Shown here: positions 22,105-36,021 of the stretch, one piece after another
Numbering within the stretch: position 1 is the stretch's first letter
Layout of the letters: each line of letters starts with the position of its first letter
DNA from: Octopus sinensis
Lineage: Eukaryota
Direction of reading: 5' to 3'
Assembly (NCBI RefSeq): GCF_006345805.1
Contig: NC_043008.1
Location: forward strand, 69,998,001-70,062,000
Length of the DNA: 64,000 nucleotides
Translations under genes and position numbers: made by a program
The notes under the pieces: model-generated
Database searches by the model: none
Seen by the model: only the letters and a program-made list of their open reading frames with translations
Told to the model about the DNA's origin: nothing

Positions 22105-24574
22105 ACTGAATTTCATGTACAAATTTATACATACATACACATACACTTATCTACACATTATATATTACACCATACACTACATTGTGAAAGATATAATTCA
22201 CAATGGCTGATCTTTGTTAAAGCACCATCACATTTGTTCGCAATGTTATGAGGCTGGACTGAGAGATTTAGTCTCATCTCAAGAGGGAAGGTTAAAATCT
22301 TTTACTAACACTGACTACTCTAGTGTTTATAAAGCATTATGGCTAAATCAGAGAGAACATTATCACTCAGGTACACATGATCTGAAGAGAGTCTAATAAG
22401 GCTTGAAATCCTTATAGTCCAGTTCCTGGTCATGTGTTCTCAATCAATAGCTGGAATTTTAACCTTAAACAATTTTCACAACAACATTAAAGGATGTTTA
22501 TATACGCACACATAATAATTACGTTATATAATGTGTGGTGAAGTATATAATTTATTACGTTATAGGTGTTGGCTGAATGGACACAGTGTGAAGGTGATGA
22601 ATGGATAACTAGACACCCTCTCTATGTGTCGGTGTTGTCTGGGCTTATTGAGCATAAATATGTTGATTTTAAGATTCTTAATTCTGTCTCACTGAAATAG
22701 CTTCTTGCAATGCTTGTCCAGCTTCTGTATAAAATCAGTTACACAACAGGCATTAATGAGATGCTGTTGCAATTAAACGCCAGACGAAATATGTTAATTC
22801 CATTATCAATGTAATACAGGTTTGATATCGGTTAATTAAGTGAAGCTTAAACTAACATATCTAACTTAAGCCAGGAACCAAGAGAAAGAATTTCAAAAGT
22901 ATCAAATTCATAGCGTAAATATATGTTTAAACTAGATTCTCCCTCATGTATCATTTCCCAAATTTATACCACCTTTGATCTCTGACTTAATGAGATATAT
23001 AACTTGAGTTAATGTAAGAGAGAACACATTGCTGATTAAACGCACATAATATGAAGATATTTTCAAATAAGGATTCCCCACTGACATTGAGTATGTCCCT
23101 TGTAGTTAATGAGATTCTAAAGGAAGGGAATTAAGTGTGGAGTGTGCAGGAGAAATATTTACCGTTCTGTTGAGTTCTGTAAAATTGAGATAAACACTTA
23201 GTCAAGGTGAGTTTGTTACTTGAGTTTCTTTTAATTGATGGAGCCATTGACTTCACTTCCATCATTCGTACTCAAAAGAAATGCATGAATGCTTCAACAT
23301 CTCATACCAACGCCACTTACCCCCACCCCCATTTATAGTATTATTAATACAGTTGTTTTACATCAGGCTGATCCTGACTGAGCAGCTCTGTCTTTAAAAA
23401 TATTCTGACCATGACCATCCCACCTTTGTTGCACCTAATACTACATTTTCCATTGTGGCTATCCTAATTTAAGATGGCAGGGTTCAGTTTGAAGATGATT
23501 TAGCTGCTGTTTGTAGCAGGCTTAGCAACCATGTAGAAGCTTCCTCCTTGGCTTGTAGTCTCCCTGGGAATATCTTGTATTTGTTTATTCAACCATGTCA
23601 CACTACATAAACATGGTAGTTTTTCAGTGCTGTCCCAAAAGAGCAACCCTGGTTTATAGCAGCAGCAGCAGCAGCAATAGCAGAAGACTTCTGTTATTTA
23701 GGGAGTTGTTGACTGTTGCTAAACAACTCTGCTGGAACTGATAATAATTTCATTAGTTTACATGTCAGACATGTCTTAACATTCTGCAATGGTTCTTACA
23801 AGAACAGGATGGGCTGGATTTCCTCTGTGAACACAGAGAATGGAGCCTGTAGAACTGAATAGTACAACCACCACCACCACCACCACCACTGCAGCCAACG
23901 CCAACGCCACCACCACCACCACCGCTGCCAATGCCACCATCGCCACCACTGCCACTACCACTACTATCACTGCCTCCACCACTAGTGCCAAATGAACTTC
24001 TAGACATGCTAGAAACAGCAACCAAATCTTCTTCATGTCAGCATACCCCACCTGCTGTCTTTAAAAAAATGTACCTTGTTGGACAGTATAATTGTTGATG
24101 TATGAAAAGAAGGGATGGTCAAAGCTGGAATGCTATCAATGATTAGTCTGCTTGATCTGAGAGCTGACCTGGTGCTAAACAGCTAGTCCCATTCCCACTA
24201 CAATCCATGCCTTCACCAACAACACTTCCTTACACCCTCATTTCTTTCACCACCACCACCACCACCACCACCACCACCACCACCCATACCATAATGACTC
24301 CTATCATCATCATCTTCATTGTACAAGAATTATCTTTCAACTCAGTTTTACCAATTATACAATACTCCTGCTACTTACTGTGTGGTGGTACTCTTTACAG
24401 TTGGGTGTTTATTTTGTAACTTATATTTCTACTCAGGGCTGGAATGGTTTTCACATCAGTCATGTTTCTCTTTTTCTTTAAGAAAGCTAAAATATCACAA
24501 CTACAGTGTCAGAACTTTATGTCAGAAGAATTTGTTGTTAAAATTTATCTGCAATAAATTGGTTATACTTCTTG

Positions 24575-24958
24575 CCTGGTAAGAATCTTGCTTCTCAACC
24601 ATATGGTTCCAGGTTCAATCCTACTGTGTGATGCCTTGGGCAAGTGTCTTCTGCTATAGCCTCAGGCCAACCAAATCCTTGTGACTGGATTTGGTAGAGG
24701 GAAATTGAAAGAAGCTCAACATATATATGTATATGTATGTGAGTTTGTCCCCCTCCCACCCCCTGCTTTTTGCTTGACAACCAGTGTTGGTGTGTTTATG
24801 TCCCCATAATTTAGCAGTTTAGCAAAAGAGACCGATAGAGTAAATACCAGGCTTTAAAAATAAAGAAATAAGTACTGGGGTTGATACATTCAACTAAAAA
24901 TTCTTCAGAGTGGTGCCCCAGTATGGTCGCAGTCAGATGACTGAAACAAGTAAAAGAT
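24575..24958 (+). mobile_element. Family A SINE
   Basis: GGTTCAATCC B-box, CTTGGGCAAGTGTCTTCTGCTATAGCC body, GACTGAAACAAGTAAAAG tail. Confidence 0.85.
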
Positions 24959-26140
24959 ACAATATATAACTATAAAAATATATGCCATTTTTTAAAGCAT
25001 TGACTGTTTAGGAGGGGACCAAGTGAGTAAAATGAGAATCTAAAGGGGTCTATAGGTTAAAAAGAGTGGAGAAACACTGCTTTATAAGATCACTTGAGTT
25101 GCTAGAAATAGTAGCCAGATCTTACTTAAATCATTCAATCATTTCTATTAAGAAAGGACAATATTAGATAATGTAGTTTGAGATATCTGTGAAAGACAAC
25201 ATGAAATGGTCATGGCTGGAGTGTCTTTGATCATAACTGATCAATGATGGTTGTCCTGGTGTTAAATAATAATATTACATCTTTTTCCCACATCTAAAGC
25301 TATAGATTTTTTGTCGCATAAAATTTGTGAGTATGTAGTTTAATTGCTTAAATTTTAGTTACTGATTCCTCACCCCAAACAGCAATATCAGGCTGTAGCT
25401 GTGGTCAGAGGAGTGGATAATATCACTTAGCATGTTGGCCACAGTATAACAACATATGTAGATAAAAACCTTCTGTGTTGACCCAACCCTCGAGGGTCAT
25501 GAAGCATTTACACAACATTACAAATGCACAATGGAAATATTTTCTGTCTCGTCTCATATCTCACAGACATGAAATATAGACAATGTTTATACAGTTGGAA
25601 TTTTTAAAAAAAAGCAACAAACGATAAATTAATAACAGAAAAGAAAAACAGGAGAATATAAATATAAATTAAAAACAAAACAAACCAAACAGCATCTCAT
25701 TTCATATTGTATTTAATGGACAGCAATATCTATGGAATTTTGTTACGATTGCATTTATGGGAGTTAAATGTTTCGGTTTATGTTTATGACTATAATTTAT
25801 GGGAGGTTAAGAATGTGAAGAGCATGACAGGGGGTTTGTTTTGTGGAGGGCAATATCATTAAATTAAGATAGTTTTAACGACACACTGATGGTTAGCTGC
25901 CAAACTATCAAAATATCTGTCTATATATTATCACTTCATAGCAGTATTCTTGGGAAACTTACTTAACTCTGCTGTTGTAACTGTTGATGTTGCTGTTGTT
26001 GTTGTTATTATAGTTGTTGATAAAGTTGTTTTTATTGATGTGTAGCTGTAACCAACCCTTATCTTGAAAAACCTATGAGTACATAAGTAGTTCTGCTGTA
26101 GGGACTAGGTATGGTACACAAATATTGTTCTCTAACTATA

Positions 26141-26380
26141 CTAGATTTAATGGTCTAGGTCTACCAGATCTAATGGTGTAGACATACCAAATCTAATGGT
26201 CTAGATCTAGTAGATCTAATGGTCTAGACCTACCAGAAATAAAGGTCTAGATCTACCAGAACTAAAGGTTTCGATATACCAGACCTAATGGTGTAGATAT
26301 ACCAGATCTAATGGTCTAGTTCTACCAGATCTAATGGTCTAGATGTAACAGATCTAATGGTCTAGATCTACCAGATCTAG
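26141..26380. repeat. 23-bp minisatellite GGTCTAGATCTACCAGATCTAAT, about 10 units
   Basis: Read directly; each unit has two AGATCT palindromes. Confidence 0.85.
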
Positions 26381-26822
26381 TGCTATGAATGCATACTAAA
26401 CATAGTTCTCCAAATATACCAAACTTCAAGATATGTTAGATGCACTATATCTGTCTGTCTGTCTGTCTGTCTGTTGTCTGTCTGTCAGTCTGTCTGTCTA
26501 TCAATCAATCAACAATTATAGGTGTGTAGAACTTGAGTTGTCAGATGATTATAGCATGTAAAATTATGCTAAATTATGTAACATTATGTAAGTTATATTG
26601 AATTATGTAAATTGATGTAAATTTATTTCATACAACTTTGATTGTTTGTTCATCTCTCTTCTTTGATATTTGCTTCAATGTCTTTGCTTCCAACCAATTT
26701 ACCTGCTTTTGGAGTACCTTACTTTGATTAAGAAATTGGAATTTTAAGAATTTGACTGTCACCAATCAAGGTGACTATTCCTGCATAAGCATCTTCATAC
26801 CCACTGTATGCATGTGTACATG

Positions 26823-26886
<64 letters not shown>

Positions 26887-26950
26887 CAATGGTAGTGCCC
26901 CAGCATGACTGCAGTTCTGGAGCTGAAAGGAGTTATATATATATATATAT

Positions 26951-27255
26951 GAAGATAGTTTTAGGTGTGTGGTCTAGTGGCTAGTGTGTTACACTCATGA
27001 TTGTGAGACATGGGTTCAATTCTGAGACCAAGCAGAGGGTTGTGTTTTTGAGCAAAACACTTCATCTCACATTGCTCAGTAGTGCCTACTTTAACATCTA
27101 ACATGCAGCAGGATGTGCACCTGTACAGGCAATGTTGATTTGATTGAGGGAGTGAGTTAATGTGCTAACACAAACATTTAATTCCTATAAACAAATCACC
27201 TGTGCAGCTTGTTGAGCAAGAAATTGCTGAACCCTTATCCACTGCCTATGACAAG
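26951..27255 (+). mobile_element. Diverged tRNA-derived SINE (other family)
   Basis: GTGGTCTAGTGG A-box, GGTTCAATTC B-box, then GTGTTTTTGAGCAAAACACTT. Confidence 0.55.
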
Positions 27256-27916
27256 TGATTTCACAATAGATACACACACACACACACACACACACGTATA
27301 TATATGTATACATATATGATTCAAATGTATGGAAAGCAAAAGACTGAAGCAGGTGAGGAAACAATAAACAAGGGATATTAGTTTGACGCTCAGGTAAAAT
27401 GGAAACATCTTTGATGTTCCAAGCCTATGCTTTTTGATAGAAAGGAATGAGAATAGAAAATGGAGAGAAACATAACATATCTAGATTAATGTCAATATAT
27501 ATATATATATATATACATACGTACATACCCCACCCTATCTCTCTTTCTCTCTCTGTATATATGTATGTATTTATTTGCATTGTAAGATTCTTGATGTGAA
27601 ATCATGTGTTGAAACAGTTATTGGCAAAATATAACCACCCCCAAGTATATATATATGTATATATATATAACGGAGAGGGAGTGCTAAGCAACGAAGTGTA
27701 TGTATGCAATGTTATTATAACTGAAAAGAGGGACTATATTCCCCCACCTCTATGTCATCAATGAACTTGTGAGAAATAACTACCACAGCTCTCTTACATT
27801 CTTGGTCACAATTGGATAATATTCTAGGTATGAATGTCACATCTATAACATCTTTGATCATACATCTGGTTGATCAGGGCTGAGCAGAGACTAAACAACA
27901 ACAACATTAATCATTG

Positions 27917-28128
27917 TTTCTAAGATAGGCACAAGAACAGGCATTTTGAAGGGAGAGGATCAGTCAGTATCAATCCTCGCACTAGATTCATACATTACTT
28001 TATTAACCCCTGAGAGATGAATGGTAGAGTCGACTTTGGCAGGATTTGAACTCAGATTGTGAAGAGCCAGAAGAAATACCATATGGCATTTTTTCCAGGT
28101 TCTAACAATTCTGCCAGATCACTGCTCT
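27917..28128 (-). mobile_element. Family B SINE
   Basis: GTCGACTTTGGCAGGATTTGAACTCAG ... ATTCTGCCAG. Confidence 0.75.
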
Positions 28129-28357
28129 TAGAACAATAATAGAAAGAAGCAACATTCACAGTTGATCTGACAAGGAAACCATTACGTGGGATGCAAATTT
28201 GCTTAGAAATAGCAGCTGAATCTTCCTCAAATACAAGAATGGATACATTGGAAAAATATATTGTTGGATACTTATGTTTAAAAATAAAACATAAATGAAA
28301 TATGGAATGGTCACCATTAGAATGTTTATGATAATAGATAGATAGATAGATAGATAG

Positions 28358-28393
<36 letters not shown>

Positions 28394-29223
28394 TGCATCA
28401 AACATACTATCAAATTCAGACCATGAGGCTAAACAACTATATATACCATTATAGAAAATCTGTGTGGGTGAAGACTACAATAAAACAAGAACGATAACAA
28501 CAACAAAATGTAAATATGAACCTACATATATGAAATTATAACATATAGGCAAAATATAACATTTATATCAAATTTATTCCCCGTCTCATTGTAAGGCATC
28601 ATCAGGCATAGCTTTCCAATTTAATGTTTATTCGTGCAAGAGATTGGCAAGGGATAGAGAAATCTTCAACAGATAGAGTTGGCATGGAATCGGTTGATAT
28701 TTTGATTTATTAAGCAACAACCATTTGAAAGATTACTAGCTTGCAAATATTGTTCTTTCCATATCATATAATATCTAATGATACACACACACACACACAT
28801 ATATATAATGTGGGTGTGCATATGTGTGTGTATGTATATTTGTACGTATATATATGTATACTTGTATATATATATGTATACTTGTATATATATATGTATA
28901 TTTGTACGTATATATATAATGCGGTATCATACGTATTTTTACTTCAAGTATTTCCATACTAAAAAACAAACCAAGAAAAAAGGATACATAAGACAAAACA
29001 AAATTACATTGTGTTTGTAATTCTGAAAGATTTCCTGCTTTTTATCCTTGGTAGAACAATAGAATCTTTTATCTTCTCTGTCATGGTTATTTCCCCTTTA
29101 TATAATGAGATATCTATCTTGTTATCTATCTATCTATCTATCACGGATACCACCTACATACATAGGCATATGCATACACACATATCTAAACGTACAGATA
29201 TATATGTGTCTATGTATATAAAC

Positions 29224-29257
<34 letters not shown>

Positions 29258-29996
29258 ATAGGAAAAGAGAAGTATTGACATAGAGAATCAGAAAGAGAGC
29301 TAGAGAGATAGAGATAAAGAAATAGACTGATAGGTGAACATGATTGCTCAAAGAAGGAATATACAAATTTAAAGAAAGAACTCAGTGCCTGTAATGGAGT
29401 ACATTGTATTTAGTCTGTGTTATCTTATATGTAAGCAGTTACTTGTTTCAGTTATTCTGCCTCATCAGAGATAACTAAAGTTAAAATAATTTAATAAAGC
29501 TGTTAAACTAGGCTGAAATTTGTCTAAAACAAAAAGAAAAGTAAAACAAAAGAAATTACAGTCACTAATAAAACAGCTTTTGATGGAGATTAAAAGCAAT
29601 AGATGAAAGATATATATATATATCACATGAAAAAAGGTATTGTTGAAGGAAATTGGAACAATGATGTAGAGAATCAGTGTACAAGATTCTAAATAGGTAT
29701 TAAATCTTTATCTTCAAATTTTATTAAATTTGAATTTGTTGATTTAAAAAAAAGGCATCGTTAAGGAAGGGATACATTTATATAAGACAGAATTTAAAAA
29801 TTCCACTGGTTTCCACTGAAGTTGTTACATGTATGAATTATGGAAAATAATGAAATATCTATTGATATAGGCAATTATAGCTGATAATCTAAAGAGATAA
29901 GGTATTACTGTAATACTAAAGTAAAGAGGATCAAGCATTTATACATAATAACCATACAAGCACATGTACTTGTATGCATGTGTGTGTGTCACTGTA

Positions 29997-30148
29997 GGTG
30001 CAGGTATGATTAGGGTAAGAAGTTTGCTTTTGGGTTCACTCCACCGTGTGGCACCTTAGTCAAGTGTCTTCTGTTATAGCCCCTGAGCCAACCAAACCCT
30101 TGAAGCTTTATGAGTAGATTTAGTAGATGGTACCTGAAAGATTTCTGA

Positions 30149-30185
<37 letters not shown>

Positions 30186-30850
30186 CAAAGGATATATTGA
30201 GTCAAGTATGTCAGCATCAAAATAAAAATTCAAATGGAAATTGTAGTTAAGACACTCGTGCCAGTGACACGTAAAAAGCACCGTCCAAACGTGGACGATG
30301 CCAGCGCGGCCTGACTGGCATCTGTGTCGGTGACACGTAAAAGCACCAACCGATCATGGCCATTTGCCAGCCTGCTCTGGCCCCTGTGCCGGTGGCACAT
30401 AAAAAACACCCACTACACTCACGGAGTGGTTGGTGTTAGGAAGGGCATCCAGCTGTAGAAACACTGCCAAATCAGACTAGAGCCTGGTGCAGCCTCCATG
30501 GCTTACCAAACCCCGGTTGAACCGTCCAACCCATGCTAGCATGGAAAACGGACGTTAAATGATGATGATATATATATATATATAGATAAGTATAGATATA
30601 ATTGAAATTTACAGAAAATAGAGGTGATGACATGTGAGGGAACAACTAGCTGGTATATTTATATATTACATTATATATATGTGTGTGTGTGAGTGTATAT
30701 GTGCTTGTCTCTAGCCATAGCCTGACAACTGATGTTGGTTTGTTTACATCCACATAACTTTGTAGTTCAGTGAAAAGAGACCGATAGAATTTCCAGGCTT
30801 AGAAATATAAAAGAAATAAGTACTCAGGCCAATTTGTTCTATTAAGGACT
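29997..30850 (+). mobile_element. Family A SINE split at its internal microsatellite by an RTE-3'-UTR element (about 30235-30568)
   Basis: SINE 5' half at 29997-30150 and 3' half at 30690-30850; the insert ends CCATGCTAGCATGGAAAACGGACGTTAAATGATGATG. Confidence 0.75.
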
Positions 30851-31059
30851 TCAATTTAATGATTGAAGCAAGTAGCCCAAAAACTGGTGTTGGTTTGTTT
30901 GCATCCCCATAACTAGGGTCAATTTATTCAACTAAGGTTTGTTTATGGCCTTAGGGTTGATTTGTTCAACTCTGGACTTCGGTTTTGAAGCAAGAAAAAG
31001 ATAAAGATACAAAAAATCTAATTGAAATTGAAACATATGCAATAAAAGCCCCCATAAAA

Positions 31060-31620
31060 TGTAAAGCCCTGAAAAAGTGTAGGCCTTAGCAGAATTAAAA
31101 TCTCATGAAGGACGATCACACAATATGACTTCATGGTATAATATGTACAACAAAACAACCACAAACTAAGAAATGAACTCCTTGAAATTTAACACTACAT
31201 GAACTAGAATCTCAATAGAAAATATAGAAAGCATAAGCACACAATACAGAAAAATTCAGTCATCAACACACACAAATAAACAAGCACATTGTACCATACA
31301 AGTATATGTACCATCTTCAGCTTCCTAACATATAACATTATGGTTTTGATACTTGGAAAGAATCATTCACAGTATATATAAACCTACACAGAGGCAAACA
31401 AGAAGGTAATATACATGTAAACCAAGCCTGCAATATAAGAAATTTAAAATCGGTGATGTTTCTGTGTTTCTTCCTTCTACGTTTCCTATTTTCATTCTAT
31501 TTGACAAAGGATATAACCTGAAATGTTAGTGCCTCTCCTTTACTTTTCATTTGGCATATTTTCATTGTACACATTCTTTGATTGTTGTTTTGCTTCATAT
31601 TTCTTTGCTTTTCTACCATG
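31060..31620 (+). mobile_element. Possible decayed Penelope-like GIY-YIG C-terminus and terminal region
   Basis: Fragmentary GKESFTV / KPSL-like peptides and a very degenerate GG-atataa-CCT-GAAATGTT motif; weak. Confidence 0.3.
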
Positions 31621-31904
31621 TTGTACTTGTCTATATTTATTTGTTCCCTTCTCACTTCATAATCTTATCTGACTGGTGTATTTATGTATGTGTATATATA
31701 TATGCATGCACACGTCTGTGAGTGAATTTGTGTATACATATATGTATATGGTTTTGAGTTCGTCTCAGTACTGTACTCTGAGACCATGAATCTTATAGTA
31801 GCTCGCATTTAAATCTTGTGTGTATTAAAAGATATATGTATTCATATTTGTATGTATATATACATATGGATGTATATAATATGTGTATAGCGAAATCGAA
31901 ATCG

Positions 31905-32253
31905 AATTGAACCAGCCAGGATCCCTGGTCTGGTGGTACGTAAAAAGCACTATCCGACTCGTGGCCAATGCCAGCACCGCCTCGACTGGCTTCCGTGCCG
32001 GTGGCACATAAGATACACCAATCCGACCGTGGCCGTTGCCAGCCTTGCCTGGCACCTGTGCAGGTGGCACGTAAAAAGCACCCACTACACTCACGGAGTG
32101 GTTGGCGTTAGGAAGTGCATCCAGCTGTAGAAACATTGCCAGATAAGACTGGAGCCTAGTGCAGCCTTCTGGCTTCCCAGATCCCCGGTCGAACCGTCCA
32201 ACCCATGCTAGCATGGAGAACGGATGTTAAACGATGATGATGATGATGATGAT
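31905..32253 (+). mobile_element. RTE 3'-UTR-derived short element with (GAT)n tail
   Basis: High identity to the reverse complement of 11076-11270; ends CGGATGTTAAACGATGATGATG. Confidence 0.85.
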
Positions 32254-33127
32254 GTGGTGGATAAACTGTTGTCTAAATTATGCAAAAATGAAAATAACAT
32301 TGACATCTCATTTTAACAGATATATTTACCAAAATTACATAAAAATATCTTGAAATACTAAAGAGTAAATGTATTCAATAAAATCGCCATTGGCTCCAAC
32401 CACGGCCTCCAGATGACTTTGGAATTTCCTGAAATTCTTCTGGATGCTCTCCTTGTTTAAGCTGGTGAATGCTGCCATAATCCTTGTCTTCGGTTCATCT
32501 TTTGTGTTACAAGGAGTTTTGTTGGTCGCTTTTTTAAATGCACCCCACATATAATAATCAAGAGGGTTGAAGTCTGGGGAGTTAGGCGGCCAGATGTTAG
32601 GGGTGATGTGGTCACAGAAATTGTCTGACAGCCATGAATAGGTTCTCATACTTATGTGGCATGGTTGCCAGGCATAGGGTCTACTAGCAGTCACCCTCCT
32701 GACCCAAGGCAGCACTACCTCCTTCAGGCACTTAATATAGGCCTCCATGTTGAATGTGAGGCTGTGTGGGAAGATGAATGAAGGCATAACACCACCATTG
32801 CTAATGATCATTCCAAACACCATGATGTTGACTGGTTGTTTGATTTTTATCACTCTCGCTGTATGTCCTCAGATTGCACTGTCCTCAGGTTGACACCCAA
32901 ACATTCTGAAATGTTTGTATTGGAGCTTCCAGCATCAATGCCAAGCAGTACAGCATGTTATTCCCAAATTTCTGTCAATGAATTGTGCCATGGTGCTGTT
33001 TTTTTTCTCACAGACAGTGCCCAACTCACCCCACTATACTATGTAGTCAACAAAATCAAAAACAAACAAGGCACATGCTTGAAATTGAAAATATAATATG
33101 GCGAAATTTTACCCATTGCACCCTGTA
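32254..33127 (-). mobile_element. Internally deleted Tc1/mariner (maT/DD37D-like) DNA transposon
   Basis: Right end TA|CAGGGTGCAATGGGTAAAATTT (33125 down); partial matching end near 32254-32275, adjacent to the RTE tail insertion. Confidence 0.75.
32335..32853 (-). pseudogene. Transposase catalytic-domain fragment
   Basis: WPPNSPDFNPLDYYMWG motif and VMPSFIFP; YAWQ-PCH lacks the expected QDxAP catalytic Asp segment; no N-terminal HTH. Confidence 0.85.
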
Positions 33128-34019
33128 TATGTATGAATATGTATGTAATATGTGTGTATATAATATATATATATATATAATATATATATATATAAATTTA
33201 TAAACATATATGTATATATGTATGGAGGTGTGTGCATACATGTATGTATGTATGGAGGTGTGTGCATATATATATGTGTATGGAGGTGTGTTTTGTTTAT
33301 AATTGTAGTTCTTTGTAAGTTACAAGAGATGATGTTATCATTCCTATTGTTGACACATCTATTTTCTTTGTGCTCTTGGAAATGTGTAAAAGAAAAGATT
33401 CCATTTTTTGAAAAACCAGTAAGGGTTAGCAACAAAACAAGGCATCCAGCTGCAAAATAATGCTTAAGAAATACATATGTATAACTTTACTAGCACGGAA
33501 ATCAAGTGAAATGCGAGAGAGTGACAAAGAGGGGGGGAAAAGGTGGGAGAGAAAGTGGTGAGAGTAACAAAGGGAAGAGATATTCATATATACATAATCA
33601 CACACACACACATACACACACATGCATGCACGCATACAGAATATATAATCACATCCAAACATACACACTACTATGCATTACACACACGTACACATAAGAA
33701 ACAAATTGGAAAAATATTATAGTATACAAAAAATATACTCACATCCCCCACTATATAATCAGAAATATCGTTACTTGAAAAGAACCAGAAAAATATTAAA
33801 TATATTAATGATATATATTATAGATCTGCATACTTACACGCACACACGTATATGTATATATGTGTTAGTTCTTATCAATAGACAAATGAAATAAAACCAT
33901 AATATAATATAGTGTACTCCATGACTCTGACAAATTAAATCCTTTAACAAATACGTTCAGATAATAAGTGACAAAATTGTAGGCACTGGTTCACTTGTTG
34001 AATTATAAGTGAATTTATT

Positions 34020-34420
34020 ATCATCATTATCATCATCATCGTTCAATGCCTGTAGTCCATAGATGTTTTGACCAGAGCTGGTAAGCTGGGGACCTGCACC
34101 AGACTCTAGTCTGATTTGGCTTTGTTTCTATGGCAGGATGCTCTTCCTAATGCCAACCACTCAACAGTGTGCTGGGTGTTTTTATGTGGCACCACATGGG
34201 TGATTTTACATGGTACCACATGGGTGCTTTTATGTGTCACCACATAGGCACTTTTATGTGACACTGCATGGGTGCTTTTATATGGCACCACACAGGTGCT
34301 TTTACGTGAACCCAGTATGGACATTTTTATGTGGCACCATTATGTGTGCTTTTACATGGAGTCCACATGAGTGCTTTTATGTGGCACAGGTCTTTTGCAG
34401 TGTGATCCTCACCACCAGGG
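34020..34420 (-). mobile_element. RTE 3'-UTR element with ~24-bp internal minisatellite (34176-34390)
   Basis: GGATGCTCTTCCTAATGCCAACCAC followed by about 9 units of TGCTTTTAYRTGGCACCACATGG. Confidence 0.8.
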
Positions 34421-34620
34421 CACCGGTCTTAACACTTCTGCTGTGGAGTACAAGACAGAGATGTGTGTGTGTGTGCATTGCTGTTTTTGAAGGGCATCTA
34501 ACCATAGAGACCATGCCAAAACAGTTAATGCTACATAGCATAGTCCATAGATTCATCAGATTCTCTCAATAATCCTGCCCATGATGGTTTGTGACAGACA
34601 TTAAATGGTGATGATATATA

Positions 34621-34847
34621 TATTTCTTTACTACCCACAAGGGGCTAAACATAGAGGGGACAAACAAGGACAAAGGGATTAAGTCGATTACATCGACCCC
34701 AGTGCGTAACTGGTACTTATTTAATCGACCCCGAAAGGATGAAAGGCAAAGTCGACCTCGGCGGAATTTGAACTCAGAACGTAGCGGCAGACGAAATACC
34801 GCTTAGCATTTCGCCCGGTGTGCTAACGTTTCTGGCAGTTCGCCGCC
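34621..34847 (-). mobile_element. Young family B SINE (variant tail) with 15-bp TSD
   Basis: TGGTGATGATATATA at 34606-34620 and 34848-34862; CpG-rich and nearly undecayed. Confidence 0.95.
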
Positions 34848-35061
34848 TGGTGATGATATATAAGTTTATACATAGTGTTGGTGCCACAAGAATCCATTCA
34901 GTCCACTATGTGATGTGATTGATGTTTTGAAGGTCAGCCAGCCATAAGGACCATGCCAGAACAGATAGTGAAGCCTGGTGCAGTCTTCTGCCTAGCCAGC
35001 TCCTCTCAAGCAACCCATGCCAGCAAGGAAAATAGACATTAAATGATGATGATGGTGATAG

Positions 35062-35380
35062 TGGAGGTGCATGGCTAAGTGGTTAGGATATTTGACTGAA
35101 GATCATAAGGTCATGAATTCAATACCTGGTGGCTCGTTGAGTCCTTGAGCAAGATACTTAACTTCATGTTGCTCCTGTCCACTCAGGTGGAAAAATTGAG
35201 TTGTATCTCTCTATTTAAAGGGCCAGCCTTGTCACATTCTGTGTCACACTGAATCTCTCTGAGAATTATTTTAAAAGGGATGTATGCTTGTGAAATACTC
35301 AGCCACTTGTATGTTGATTTCACGGGCAAGCTGTTCCATTGATCGGATCAACTGGAACTCTCCTTGTAACTGGCAGAATA
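35062..35380 (+). mobile_element. tRNA-derived SINE, family E
   Basis: TGGCTAAGTGG A-box, GAATTCAATACC B-box-like; homologous to the minus-strand copy at 52995-53310. Confidence 0.7.
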
Positions 35381-35533
35381 GCAATAGAATATAAATTTAT
35401 ATATGCTATATGCACATGTATGTATGTATGTATGTATGTATGTATGTATGTTGTATGTATGTATGTATGTATGTATGTATGTACGTATGTATGTATGTAT
35501 GTATGTACGTACGTACGTATGTATGTATATTTA

Positions 35534-35569
<36 letters not shown>

Positions 35570-35762
35570 GTGAGAATTTACAAAGAAACAAAAGACGAAG
35601 ACAGGTGTGTAAAGAACAAACAGATGTATTAGTCTAATGCTTGGGAAGTGAGAAAGTCTTTTACATTTCAAGCATATGCTCTTTGACAGAAAGGAACACA
35701 AAATAATAGGAAAAAGCAGAAAGTACAAAAAGTTTAGAAATATTTACATGTATATATTTTTT

Positions 35763-35986
35763 ATCTTTTACTTGTTTCAGTCATTTGACTGCTGCCATGC
35801 TGGAGCACTACCCTGAAGGGTTTTTAGTCAAACAAATTGACTCCAGGTCTTATTTTTAATCCTAGTATTTACTCTATTGGTCTCTTTTGCTCAATCACTA
35901 AGTTATAGAGGACATAAATACACCAACATCAGTTTTCAAATGGTAATAGGGGACAAATGCTGACACAAAGACACACACACACATGG

Positions 35987-36021
<35 letters not shown>

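Noticed and set aside
23866-23990. Poly-Pro/Thr/Gly reading frames
   Set aside because: An imperfect (CCA/GCC)n repeat; stops flank it closely and there are no convincing splice sites.
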